Of a DNA stretch of 64,000 bases, positions 31,590-42,607 are shown one piece after another. The notes under the pieces are model-generated. The model did not search any database, was not told the origin of the DNA, and was given only the letters and a program-made list of their open reading frames with translations. Origin of the DNA: Pseudogymnoascus verrucosus (Eukaryota); the NCBI GenBank assembly GCA_001662655.1, contig KV460206.1; one strand, written 5' to 3'. The position numbers and the translations under genes are program-made. Every line of letters begins with the position of its first letter. Within the stretch, counting starts at the first letter, position 1.

Positions 31590-34388
31590 TCACAGCATCT
31601 CATCTTCAAGCATACTCCCATCCTCCCACACCCCCCTAACCTTCCCTCCTCCTCCTCCCCTCCCCCCTCTCACCTCCTCACCCATCCCCTCCGTCCAAAT
31701 CCCCCACACCCACCCCCCAGCCCTCTCTCCCAGCCTCAAAAGCGACCACCCAAACGCCGGGCCATTAATATCATAATCCCACCCCGACGCAAACTCCGGC
31801 TTTCCAATCCAAGCATACGCCACGCACTCCGCTATATACACCATCATTCCCACCAGCACCAGCAACCCAAACCACGTCAGCCTTACCCCTGACATCCGCG
31901 ACCGGTCCCGGAACCACAGCCGCGGAAGCGGGATCGTGAGGTGGTACACGCTACTCTGCGACGCGCAGTGTGCGCATACCGCTGTCCCCCCTGGCACAGC
32001 GACAACCTCTTTAGCCACCGCAAGCGGCGCAGACGAGACAACTTGCTCCAGCTTCTCGATCCCCCGCTTCGCGTCCCTAATACTCTCAAGCCCATGACTA
32101 AGCCCCCTCTCCATCTTAACAAGCTGCTGCTCGCTAAGCCTCCTCTCTCGCGCACCAGCGCTGAGAGGCCGACCCTTTTCATCGCGGTCTGGGACCGGGA
32201 CAGGTGGTTCAGTGGGGAGAGGAGAGGAGGAGAGCAGATCCGTGAGGTCGTCGAGAGTGCTATCTTCTATGGCGGCCTCGTGCTGGATGCGGAGGAGGTC
32301 TGCGGCTGCGGACGGTGGAGGGGCGGAGTTAGTGAGGCGTGGGCGGGGAGCGCGAGGGGCGGGTTTGAGGCGCTCGATTTGTGGGTTTGGAGCGGAGGGT
32401 TCGGAGGCGGGAGGGTTTCGTGAGCGGGAGGTGGAGCGAGAGGAGGTGGATGAGGAGCGGCGAGGGGGTGAGGGTGCTTTGGATTGGGGTTTGGCGGGTT
32501 GTATGGGTTGTGAGGGTTTGGTGTCGGGTTTTGGATTTGCTGTCTCTGGCGCGGGGGAAGGGGGTCGGATCCTGGAGTGCCGGACTGTGGGGGCAGGCGT
32601 CTCGATGAAGGCTCCCGTTACGACGGGTGTAGCCATAGTAAGGGGGTTCTGTTTCTGCCTCGGCCGCGGCGTCTCCTGTTCTGGTAGCTCATCCTCATCC
32701 GCAGGCGACGGTTCGCGCATAGAGTTCCTCTCCGACTTGTTATCCGGGATCTCAAAGAGGTCTTTCTCCGCCGCGATGCGCTCCTCGGGGTCAATATCGG
32801 ATTTCGGCAGACTGCTTGAGCGGCTATGTCGCTTCTCCTCTGGTGCTTGGGAAATGGGTCGCCGTCGTCGCGTGTCCTCTGGCGGTTGGTTTTCTTTTTC
32901 TTCGGATTTTAAGGGTATGGGGCTTGGGTTGGGGCTGCTAATTGCGGCGAGACGGCGGAGGGTGTCGTAGGAGTCTTCGCGTTTGTGGCCATCTTGTGGC
33001 CTCTCCGTGTTCCGGAATATGGTGATGGGGGTCCCGGGGATTTGTTCGCCTTCTTCCTCGAGGATTGTCTTCTCGTGGAACTGGTCGGGGTCATCCTGGG
33101 TGGTCCTTGACGGCGATGCTCTGGATACCCCAGGTCGTTCCCGAGACCGCGATCTCCTGCCCCGTTGGATTTCTTTCGGCTCCGTCTTCGTGCCTTTGAT
33201 CTCTCCAAACAAGCGCTCTGTTGCCGGGCCGGCCTCCAATGACTTCCCGCTTTCCACAATTTCAAACGACTCAGTCGACGTCCTCCTATATGCTGGATTC
33301 CTCACAACCGGCGACGGGATCCTCGTAGGCTCCCTCACAGCAGCTTTCTCCACCTGCGGCGACATCGACCTCTCCTCCGAAAGCCTCTCCCTTATCTCTT
33401 CCAACCGCGCCGTCGCAACCGCATGCCTACTCATCCCCTCCCTCTCCCTCGCCCTCACCTCATCAAGCTTCGTATTCCGTATCCTCAACTGCGGGCTCTC
33501 GCCCCCCATCAAAGACGTAGCCGTGAAATCCAAGTCCGCATCCCACACCGCTGATTTCTCAGGCTGTGCTGACGCAGGCCTGGACCGCGGCGGCGTCAAC
33601 TGTTGCTGTCCAGCCTCCCCCTCCACAGTCGGCAGTGGTGTATCCGCGGCCGCCTCTGCCCAGTTAATCGTACCCCCCCCCTCCTTCTTCAGCGGCTCAT
33701 CAACCTCCCCCGACGACTCCGGCGACACAATCCTCTGCATCCACTTATCCGATTTCCTCGCCCTCCTCCCCCACTGCGCCGGTATCCTCACCCCCGGCTC
33801 CTTCTCCTCCACCACCCCCTTCACCCCCCCGCCCACACTATTACCCCTCCTCGCAAAAATCCCCCCCCCCCCAACCAACCGTCTCGCCCTCTCCTCATCC
33901 CTCGCAAACCTCCCCATCTTCCTATCAAACTCATCTCCCTCATCCGTCCCCGTCAGACTCCCGCTCTCGCTCCCCGTCGTGCTCCCCCCTCCCACAGCCG
34001 GACTCCCCGCGCTCCGCCGCCAGAGATCCAGACCCCGCCCGTCATTATCCCTATCGCGTCGACTCTCCGCTGTGGCTCTGGGTATGGCAGTTGGACCACT
34101 CCGCCGCCTCGCAGCAGGACTCGGACTCCCCTCCCCCACACCATCTTCGAGGGCAGCGCGCTCCCATGCGCCTCGTAGCGTCGTCGCGGGCTCGGCATAG
34201 CTCTGGGCGCGCGCGTGTGTATTCGTGTTTGGATTCGTAGCTGTAGTCGTAGTCGTGGGCGCACCGGGCGCGCCAGCCGCCGTGGAAGCACCAGCAGTGC
34301 CGAGAGCAAAGTATTTCGGCTCGCGCTTCCTCGCCGCAAAAAGAGGTTGGTCTGCGCGCCGCAGCGGGGCATCGGGCCGCGTCGTCAT
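31590..34388 (-). CDS. Hypothetical 932-aa largely disordered protein with a coiled segment and a C-terminal TM helix
   Basis: Long ORF with coding-like bias; low-complexity E/P/S/R; 'GLESIRDAKRGIEKLEQVV', CxxC 'CAHC', TM 'LTWFGLLVLVGMMVYIAECVAYAWI'. Confidence 0.75.
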   Translation of the reverse strand: MTTRPDAPLRRADQPLFAARKREPKYFALGTAGASTAAGAPGAPTTTTTATNPNTNTHARAQSYAEPATTLRGAWERAALEDGVGEGSPSPAARRRSGPTAIPRATAESRRDRDNDGRGLDLWRRSAGSPAVGGGSTTGSESGSLTGTDEGDEFDRKMGRFARDEERARRLVGGGGIFARRGNSVGGGVKGVVEEKEPGVRIPAQWGRRARKSDKWMQRIVSPESSGEVDEPLKKEGGGTINWAEAAADTPLPTVEGEAGQQQLTPPRSRPASAQPEKSAVWDADLDFTATSLMGGESPQLRIRNTKLDEVRAREREGMSRHAVATARLEEIRERLSEERSMSPQVEKAAVREPTRIPSPVVRNPAYRRTSTESFEIVESGKSLEAGPATERLFGEIKGTKTEPKEIQRGRRSRSRERPGVSRASPSRTTQDDPDQFHEKTILEEEGEQIPGTPITIFRNTERPQDGHKREDSYDTLRRLAAISSPNPSPIPLKSEEKENQPPEDTRRRRPISQAPEEKRHSRSSSLPKSDIDPEERIAAEKDLFEIPDNKSERNSMREPSPADEDELPEQETPRPRQKQNPLTMATPVVTGAFIETPAPTVRHSRIRPPSPAPETANPKPDTKPSQPIQPAKPQSKAPSPPRRSSSTSSRSTSRSRNPPASEPSAPNPQIERLKPAPRAPRPRLTNSAPPPSAAADLLRIQHEAAIEDSTLDDLTDLLSSSPLPTEPPVPVPDRDEKGRPLSAGARERRLSEQQLVKMERGLSHGLESIRDAKRGIEKLEQVVSSAPLAVAKEVVAVPGGTAVCAHCASQSSVYHLTIPLPRLWFRDRSRMSGVRLTWFGLLVLVGMMVYIAECVAYAWIGKPEFASGWDYDINGPAFGWSLLRLGERAGGWVWGIWTEGMGEEVRGGRGGGGGKVRGVWEDGSMLEDEML

Positions 34389-35167
34389 TATCTATCTCGC
34401 GCCTCTGGTGGTGGGATTACGGGGGGCGCATGCTTTGTCGGGCGCGGTTGCTATGCCTGGGGGTGTTGGGCGAGACGCGCGCGGGGTGCTGGTGGGTCGA
34501 GGATGGGGTTTAAGAATAGGGTGAGGTAGATTGGTTGAGGTATTCGGAGGTCGTGGAGTAAGCAAGATGCGGCGGGAGCGAAATGCGGTGTGTGGTGAGG
34601 CGTTGTGGTGGGATAGGCGCGTGGGTGAAGCGGTGGGGATGTTTGTTTGGATTGGAGATCGAGGGTGTCCAAGCTCCCGTGCTGGCGATGCGGTCACCAC
34701 GTCGCGGCCCACACGAGAACGGCGCATCGGTGAAGGACGTGCGCGATGATTTTCATACTGTAGCAATGATATACTTAAATCTGGATATAAGGGTGCTTGT
34801 TGGACTAGGTATGTAATAATAATAATAGAGTCTTTCTTATGGCGGTCTCATCTCTCAATAAAAAAAATATGCAGAACTCATCCTAATATCCAGGTTTGGC
34901 GGTGAAGCGGTAGAGTATAGTGTATGTAAATGATCTATTGCGTCTTTAAAGCTAAAAAGAACCAAAATATATCTCCCTCCATATTTGCGATCGCGAGCTT
35001 TGCTTCGTCTATTGTTTTGTTACTACCCCAAGCAAATGGGTGCCTCGCCCACCAGCACATCGCCGAGTCGGAAAGGCCAAAATGCTCCCTATAAAATGCC
35101 AACGAAAGCAACAAATTACTATGACTATCAATATATCCCCCTCAAGATGGCCCTCCCTTCCACGCAT

Positions 35168-36476
35168 CTAATTCTTCTTCCCCGCCTCCGCCGTCGCCTT
35201 CTTCTCATCAAACCTCCAAATCCCTCCCGTCTTATCATCCTCCACCAGCAGCCCAATCTTCGGCGCCAGCGCCTCGAGCAACTTATCGCTCTCAACACGC
35301 GTGAAGTACCTCCGCGTCCACTCCGACCCATCCTCCTTCTCCTTCGCCCTCAGCGCGCGCTGCTCATTCTCAATCTTGCTCTTCTCCACACCCGTAGCGT
35401 CCATGTCGCCCGCTGCAATGCCAGCCGCAACCTTGGACCACGCGCGCCGCGACTCCATCGGGTCTTGCTGCTCGAGGGGGGCGATGGTGAGCGGGGTGGG
35501 CGCGGAGGCCTCGGCGTCGTAGTCGTCGATCACGGCGCCCTTCTTGCCCTCGCGGACTTCAAAGGTCTTGTTCCACTGCCCCGTGATGGTGTAGAGGATG
35601 GAGCTCTCCTTGCCGGTCGGGTAGAGCGTGGCGGTGAAGCTGTTCTTCTTGCCTGAGACCCAGCCGCGGCCGGAGTAGTCGATCTTGGCGGTGAAACCTG
35701 AGGAGCTGGTGATGTAGGTCTTGTCGTTGAGCTCGACGAAGGGGGCGCCGAAGACGAGGCCCTCGATGTGTAGGTTGGGTAGCGTGATTAGGTAGGTCTC
35801 GTCGAAGGCGGGGATGGAGTAGACGGCGTGCCCGATCTGCTTGACGTTGATGGTGCGTGCGAATGAGGCCTTTTGCGCATTGTAACCTTGGAGTTGGACG
35901 CCCTTTTCCTTGTTATAGATCGAGTAGGCCGTAACTGGCGGGTGATGGCTGCCAGCAGAGTTAGTCTTGCAACCCCCATTCCAGAAAGCGGACCACAGTA
36001 TACCTGACTTGCTCCGACACGAGCTCCGTCGTGCCAGCGGCATCGACCCACTTCCCCAGAAACAGCTCTCCGAGGAACGGGTTGAGCGGCTTCTTCTCAT
36101 TGCCGTACTTGTCGCTGCGGCTGGCGTATTGCTGCTTGAGGGTGCTGAGGAACCACTTGAGCACAAGCAGCGCGCGCTTCTGGGGGTCCTTCTCCGCGGC
36201 CGGTGCAACGAAGATGGAAGGGTGCTCAGCCCAGTAGGACGAGAACTCCGTGAGCGAGGTCGAGGAGAGGATGAACGGCGGTGCTGTCAGCGAGGACAGG
36301 TCGCCCGAGAAGTTCGCAATCGACTATGCAACCCGCCAAGTCAGCACGCGACCATGGGGATTGAGTGTGCGGGGTGAAATGAGGGGGACCGGGGGTTGGT
36401 GAGAGCATACCTTGATAAAAGAGGACCATCCTTGCTTTTGGCCCTGCGGGACTCCTCCTCCTTCAGATTCGGCCAT
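35168..36476 (-). CDS. KES1: Oxysterol-binding protein Kes1/Osh4; exons 36476-36411, 36323-36004, 35948-35168, ~388 aa
   Basis: '[26 protein letters not shown]', '[13 protein letters not shown]', OSBP signature 'EQVS|HHPP' restored by splicing, '[12 protein letters not shown]'. Confidence 0.93.
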
Positions 36477-37394
36477 GGCGATGCGCTGGTGAACTGCTTC
36501 GCTGCTCTGCGTTCTGTTCTATTCCCAAAGACTCGTCGTGGGGTGCGATCGGATCAGCTAATGCAAGTCGCAGTTCGTCGCACAACCGACAATCTCTCTC
36601 AGAATCACAAAAAAATAAAAAGCCCCCTTTCTTCTGTCACAGCAGCAACTCGTAACAAAGATGCAAAATATCCTGAACCGACGGTGTTTTGCTTGCAATG
36701 AATAGTGATGAGCTGTAAGAGTACAAAAAAAGGGTGTTGTCCAAGTTTAGGAGTAACGGAGTGGCTGTCGTTGTAGTCGTCGGGTCTGTCGTGTGCCATT
36801 TCCGGTAATAGCCCACTTTCCCACCTCCCACCACTCAAGACGTCATTTCGTGGTCTAACAATCCAGTGAGTCGTGCGCCGGTACCCCGCTACCGTTTTTC
36901 CGCCGCCCGCCATCGCGGCACCGGGCTGACTACGTAAATTCGGTCCGTAGTAGCATGACGCCGCGTAGAACAATTCTTTTGGTGAGGCTAAGGTTTGATT
37001 TGTTAGTGAATCCATGGGGAAAGAAGGGGCGATTGGGCTTGCGTGGCGTACGTGGCTTGTGGTTTAATGCATCTCCCCTTTGCCACTGCACCCCAGTGAC
37101 CATTTCTGGAAATTTTACGAATACGAAAAAGGAAGCTGGGCTATCGGATATTGGAATGTCAGTAGCACAGCATAGTTCTAGACCCAGTAGCTACAGTAAG
37201 CAAAGCCTGGACATTTATTCACTCTCACATCACGGGTATAAACGTAAAAGAGTCTGAGAAGCATTGATACATTGCGCCCACTGGCCTGTTTCAATCTTTT
37301 AAATCTGCCACGCCATCATGCTCCATAATCACTCCCCCACAGCCACTTAAACACATACCCAAAAACCTTGTAAATCGACATTGCGACTAGACGC

Positions 37395-37837
37395 TTACAA
37401 CTGGTTGCTGGTGTTGAAGTCCTTGAGGCCCTCAGTCAGGCGCGCGGACATGGTCTTCTCGCCCTCGCGAACCCAGACTACATTGTGTTAGTGACCTGCA
37501 ACCTGCAACGTGTTTCTGGGAAGGGGAAATCATACCTCTTGGGTCGAAGTACTTCTTGTTTGGCTTATCCTCTCCGTCTGGGTTGCCGACCTGCTGCATG
37601 ATGTAGTCCTTCTTGGCGAGGACGTAGTCTCTGATACCGGTGAGGTAAGCGTACTGGAGGTCAGTGTCGAGGTTGACCTTGACGACACCGTAGCTGATAG
37701 CGTCGGTGAACTCCTTCTTGGCGGATCCGGATCCACCGTGGAAGACGAGGAAGACGGGCTTGTCCTCCTTGGCTCCGATGGCGTCCTTGACGTACTTCTG
37801 GTGCTTGCCGAGGAGCTCTGGGTGGAGCTTGACGTTG

Positions 37838-37869
<32 letters not shown>

Positions 37870-37981
37870 GCCGGCGGCGATGGAGAAGAATGGGGAGATG
37901 GGGGAGAGGGCCTGGTAGATGGCAAGGATGTCCTCGGGCTGGGTGTACAGGGAGTTGTTGTCAACATCCTCGTTGTTGACT

Positions 37982-38014
<33 letters not shown>

Positions 38015-38699
38015 TGAAGTGACGTTAGAATCTCTGATGAAGAAAGCGGGCTCGGGATAACTCACCATCTCGAGCCACTGCTTCATTGGGGCAGCGCGCT
38101 TCAGGTACTCGGCGGTGGTCTTGATGTTGTAATCAACCTCCTCCTCGGAAAGATCGATCATGTGAGAAGAGAAAAGCGGCTCGCCCTTCTCCTTGAAGTA
38201 GGCCTCATCAGCATCGAGAAGACCATCCAACCACGGCAGGAGCTTCTTGGCGCAGTGATCGGTGTGCAGGATGACTGGGATACCGTATGCTGGGGCAACG
38301 GCGCGGATGTAGTGGGCACCAGCAATGCCACCGGCGATGGAGGCCTCCTGCTTGCCATTGGCAACGCCCTGTTGGAGTATCAGTCAGAATGGTTCATGCG
38401 AGATCTGATTCTGGGGTATTTTTACCTTTCCGGCGAAGTATGCGGCACCGCCCTGGGACATCTGGAGGATGATCGGGGCCTTCTGGTCGCGGGCAGCCTC
38501 GAGGGCGGCGACGACGGTGGAGGAGGAGGTGACGTTCTGTCTGTGTCAGCATGTTTGTCTCCAGATAACGGGAATAGCAGTGAATACTCACGATGGCGGG
38601 GATGGCAAAGTTGTGCTCCTGAGCGTAGTTGAAAAGCTTCAGGACATCATCGCCAACGATGACACCGGTCTTGCGGGTGAGGACGTCTTGGCAACCCAT
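37395..38699 (-). CDS. FBA1: Fructose-1,6-bisphosphate aldolase class II; 4 introns (donors at ~38591, 38425, 38065, 37535)
   Basis: 'FAIPAI|NVTSSST', 'LHTDHCAKKLLPW', 'LFSSHMIDLSEE', 'LEM|EIGITGGEEDGV', 'FGNVHGVYKPG', 'VFHGGSGS', 'KKYFDPR|VWVREGEKTM'. Confidence 0.97.
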
Positions 38700-40925
38700 G
38701 TTTGCGAAATTGTTTGTTGTAAATTGAGGCTTTACGACTATAAAATCTTTGTAGGAGACAGAAAAAAGTCAGCTTCTTGAGAAAGTGTTGAGCTGCAGGA
38801 AACTTTTGTTTTGTATGATGGAGCAAGGGAGGGGGAGGAGGAGGTTGTGTGCAGACAACTTGTTGATTATTGCCCCGCTAATGGTGGGGGTTATGACGAC
38901 CCTATCGCGCAGAGCGGGCGACAGTTCTGGTCATTGGCCATAGTCACCGAAACCGAAAGAGCGCGAAAGATAGATAGGGGACAAGACTCACTTTTACAGC
39001 TGTATAGGACGATATTTTTGAACGATAATTGAGGTTTTTTGTTAAACTATTAAGGATTATATTTCTAGAGCGCAGAATATGGGAGGGGAGGCACTGCATG
39101 AGGTAATGGCGGGGTTAGTGAAACTACTTGGGCAGTATTGGGGTGTACCAGCCAGTACCATAACCGTCTATGATGCTTCGTTTCCGTGTCATTCCGTCAC
39201 AACGACCAATATCCGCGGCTTAGCTAGGAACGACGGCGGGGAAAGGCATAATTCGGGACATACAGTCCCGTAAGTGTGTAATCCGTACCTGCTGTGGGTG
39301 TCAGACATAGAATCAAGGGGTTCATGAGGCATTTACAACTATTTACAACTATTTTTACGGGGTATCTTTGACCATTTGATAGCTGTTGTGATCTGCCCTC
39401 TATCATCGTCTTGCTTTCGGCCCTTTCGATCTCTGCTCTGATACCCTTCAAGCCGGGCGGCGCATCGACGGCCGAAACCGGACCGCCGTATTGGTAGACA
39501 CATAATATGGCTTGATGACTGGCACGACGGCATGGACTGGTCTCGTTGCCTATGGAATCACTGGGCCAAGATGGCCTCAGCCAATTTCAGGCCTAATGCC
39601 AAGCCGTTGAGAGCAAACATTTTATACGCTGACAATTCTATGACATACCCGCGGTCATTGGCGGATAAGACTAAGGAATATCAATCAATGTCTTTGATAC
39701 CAGATATAAACTGCAGAATATAAATACCTCAACTGCTTGTGTCGATCATAGTGCTACAGATGTACTGCAGCGCTTGACCTACAGCAAATAAGAGATGTGG
39801 CATATCACGTAGGACACCAAAGTCGACAACACAGACAAACACGACAGGCGCATATTGGCGTTAGCACTTTCTAACTACTACGCGACTAACGAATATCCAA
39901 TCCATCTCTCATAGAACCGTCCTACTTATCCCATTCTCCAAGCAACTATTTAACTGTGCTTCCTAGAGCCGGGTTGAACCTAGATTTCTATATAAGAGGC
40001 GGGATGGGCTACAAACGATACAAAATGTAGCCCGATGCCCCATAAAAACTACCTCTATACCGAACAAAAGTTTGTTGCTATTATTATAAGCTTGAAGATC
40101 TCATCGACCCATATCTCTAGAAAGCACTAGATACTATAATTAAGCTCAAGCTAGCACTTCTCACTTACCAAAAACCTAACTGTGTTGTGAATCACGACGT
40201 CCTCAGAGATGCCATGCTTGACACACCTTAGTGTCTCCCTAGCAGCTGAACGAGCGTGTTGGAGTCACCACTCACCTCATAAGCAAGCCAGACACTCAGT
40301 AGCTACATCATGCTTTCTCTAGTAGAACGAGGTTGAAAAAATGAGGTTGTTAACCTCGGTTTGAAAGACGCTGGTTATGATACTTGGCCGCTCTCGAGGC
40401 TGGCCGCTGCTCTCGAGGCTCTAGCGACCAGAAGACTTTAATTATCTTGCAAATGACCTAGGGTGGCATTGCATACTTCGCTAGGAAGGTATAGAGATCC
40501 ATAACCAGGCCTTGTATGAGCCATTCTAGCTGGTGCTGGCTGCAGCAAGGCAGGCCAGGCTCATTCTCACTCAAAAATAGGTGCTATAGTTGGGCCTTCC
40601 TGCCCACTCCTAATAGAAAGGCACAGAATAGGGCACTACAAGGCGAAGTGCAGTGCCACGAATCTATTGGAACGCTAAACCTACTTACAACGGTTGCACA
40701 AATAACACCTGCGAAGATAGAGTTACAACATAATCCAAAAGCATGCTTGGGGACATCGCCACGCCTGTCACACAAGAAAGGGGTCCCGCCCAACGCCCCC
40801 AATCGCTGTCTGTAGTCATACTGCATTCCCAGGCCCCGCGCTATGCCACGTATCTGTATCCGTATCTGTACACCGTGCTCTCATATCTATACAAGTATAA
40901 AAACATCTCAACCCCTCTCCCAAAT

Positions 40926-41885
40926 CTACTCCTGCGGCTTAACCGTGACCGTCCTGCGCACCGCCTGTTCCCCGCCCTTGATCTTGATATGCACCTCATA
41001 CGTCCCCAAGTTCTTGACGCGACCCTTCTCCTCCGTCTCAACCGCGAACGTGATATCCTCCGGGCCCAACACAAGGCGGGAGCCCTCCTTATCTTCAGCC
41101 AGGATGGCGCGGATGCTGGACGCAATGTCGGATGTCGAGACGGATCCGAAGATACTCGCGTTTGGATCCAGCGGCGCTGGCTCTGGTTTGACTCCTATGG
41201 CCTCTTCGGATAGCACTGAGCTTGCTGGTAGCGATGGGGAGCGTTTCGGGGCTGGGGCAGCGGGCACGATGGCGGAGCGGTAGAAGTCGATGTTCTTCGG
41301 GATGAGCTTCGCGATCGTAGCTGCGGCTTGCTCGCCCTGGGTGCTGTTAGTCCACTGCACTCGCTCGGGCATGGATTGGAAAGTTAGAGGGAACTTACAC
41401 TCAAGAGGTCGAGATCAACTGCTACCACCTTTTTTGCTGGCGCAGCCTTGACCTCTGGCTCAGCGGCCTTCAGACTCTCGGCGTCTACGATGCCAAAGGT
41501 GAAATCCCTCTCCAATATCACGTTCTCTAATCCAGCTTCCTTAATCTGAGCTTGCGTCATATACTCTGCCATCTTCCTCGGGAAAAACTGGTTCCGCATA
41601 CGTCCCGGCGGTAGGGGAATGACGGATCCTGAGGACAAGTCCGTTAGCACTCGCCCTGTAATTGCCATCCATTGCAGCAGAATTGGAGCGCGACTCACCC
41701 TCCTTTCCATAGCGGGTAACATCCTTCAGCAGGCGGACATTGACAGTCGACACCTTCGCCAACCGCTTCTTCCCCCTGACCTGCTGCTTCGTCGACGCGA
41801 GCCACGCATCGCCGACGCTCGTCGTAACGCGGCGCATGCAGGACATGCATTGGGGAGCCCGTAAGGAGCCCACGAGGGAAGACAT
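40926..41885 (-). CDS. Mitochondrial ribosomal protein L9 (bL9m)-like; introns 41698-41629, 41398-41337
   Basis: Presequence ending 'QQVRGKK'; L9 N-domain 'VNVRLLKDVTRYGKEG|SVIPLPPGRMRNQFFPRKMAEY'; C-domain 'IFGSVSTSDIA..RVKNLGTYEVHI'. Confidence 0.85.
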
Positions 41886-42607
41886 TGCACTTCCCGAGTC
41901 GACAGGCGGGTAATTGGCTGTCTGGTGGGGTTGCGGGCGCGGAGTGAGATGCGCGTTTGGATGGTAGCTGGCGGTCCTGTTTGAGCTTCAAATCTACGAT
42001 TTTTGTGATCGTCCCAAGGTATCTCGAGAGTATGTACCCATGTACCTCTACAGGTACGTTGCGGAGATCTCCGCGTCCATGACAAGACAGACCCTTTCTC
42101 TCCATTATCGGCATAAAATTAGGACCCCGAGAAATTCATATATTCATATATTTTCAACTGTTTGTTTGTGAATATGAATGAGTATTTAACATACTTCTGA
42201 TTCCGAAACGGTTATTAAACCTCATAATACAGTAGCATTCATCGTGGTGGCCGTTCCCGTATACTTTTTATACTAAAGTAAGCCGTTCCTCACTGGTCAA
42301 TTACTTCTCTTTATCCCTTCCTTTCATAAAGTAATCCATCCATGCAAACGCACCCCCAACTACCCCCAATTACACGAACAACTTCTACCGCGACTTCTAC
42401 CGGAGCCTCGTAACTAAATCCACAAAACCCGGCTGACCCGCATTTGCACAAAGTACCCCATAAACCGAGCCCTACGAGCCCTCCAGCACGAACTCACCCA
42501 AGCGCCGCGCCTCCGGAGCCAGACCAGGGCCGCCTCGGACTGCGATGGAAGCAGCTCAACAGCACCACAGCCCCCGCCCCTAAGCACCCCGTCTCTCAAC
42601 CGGCGCC

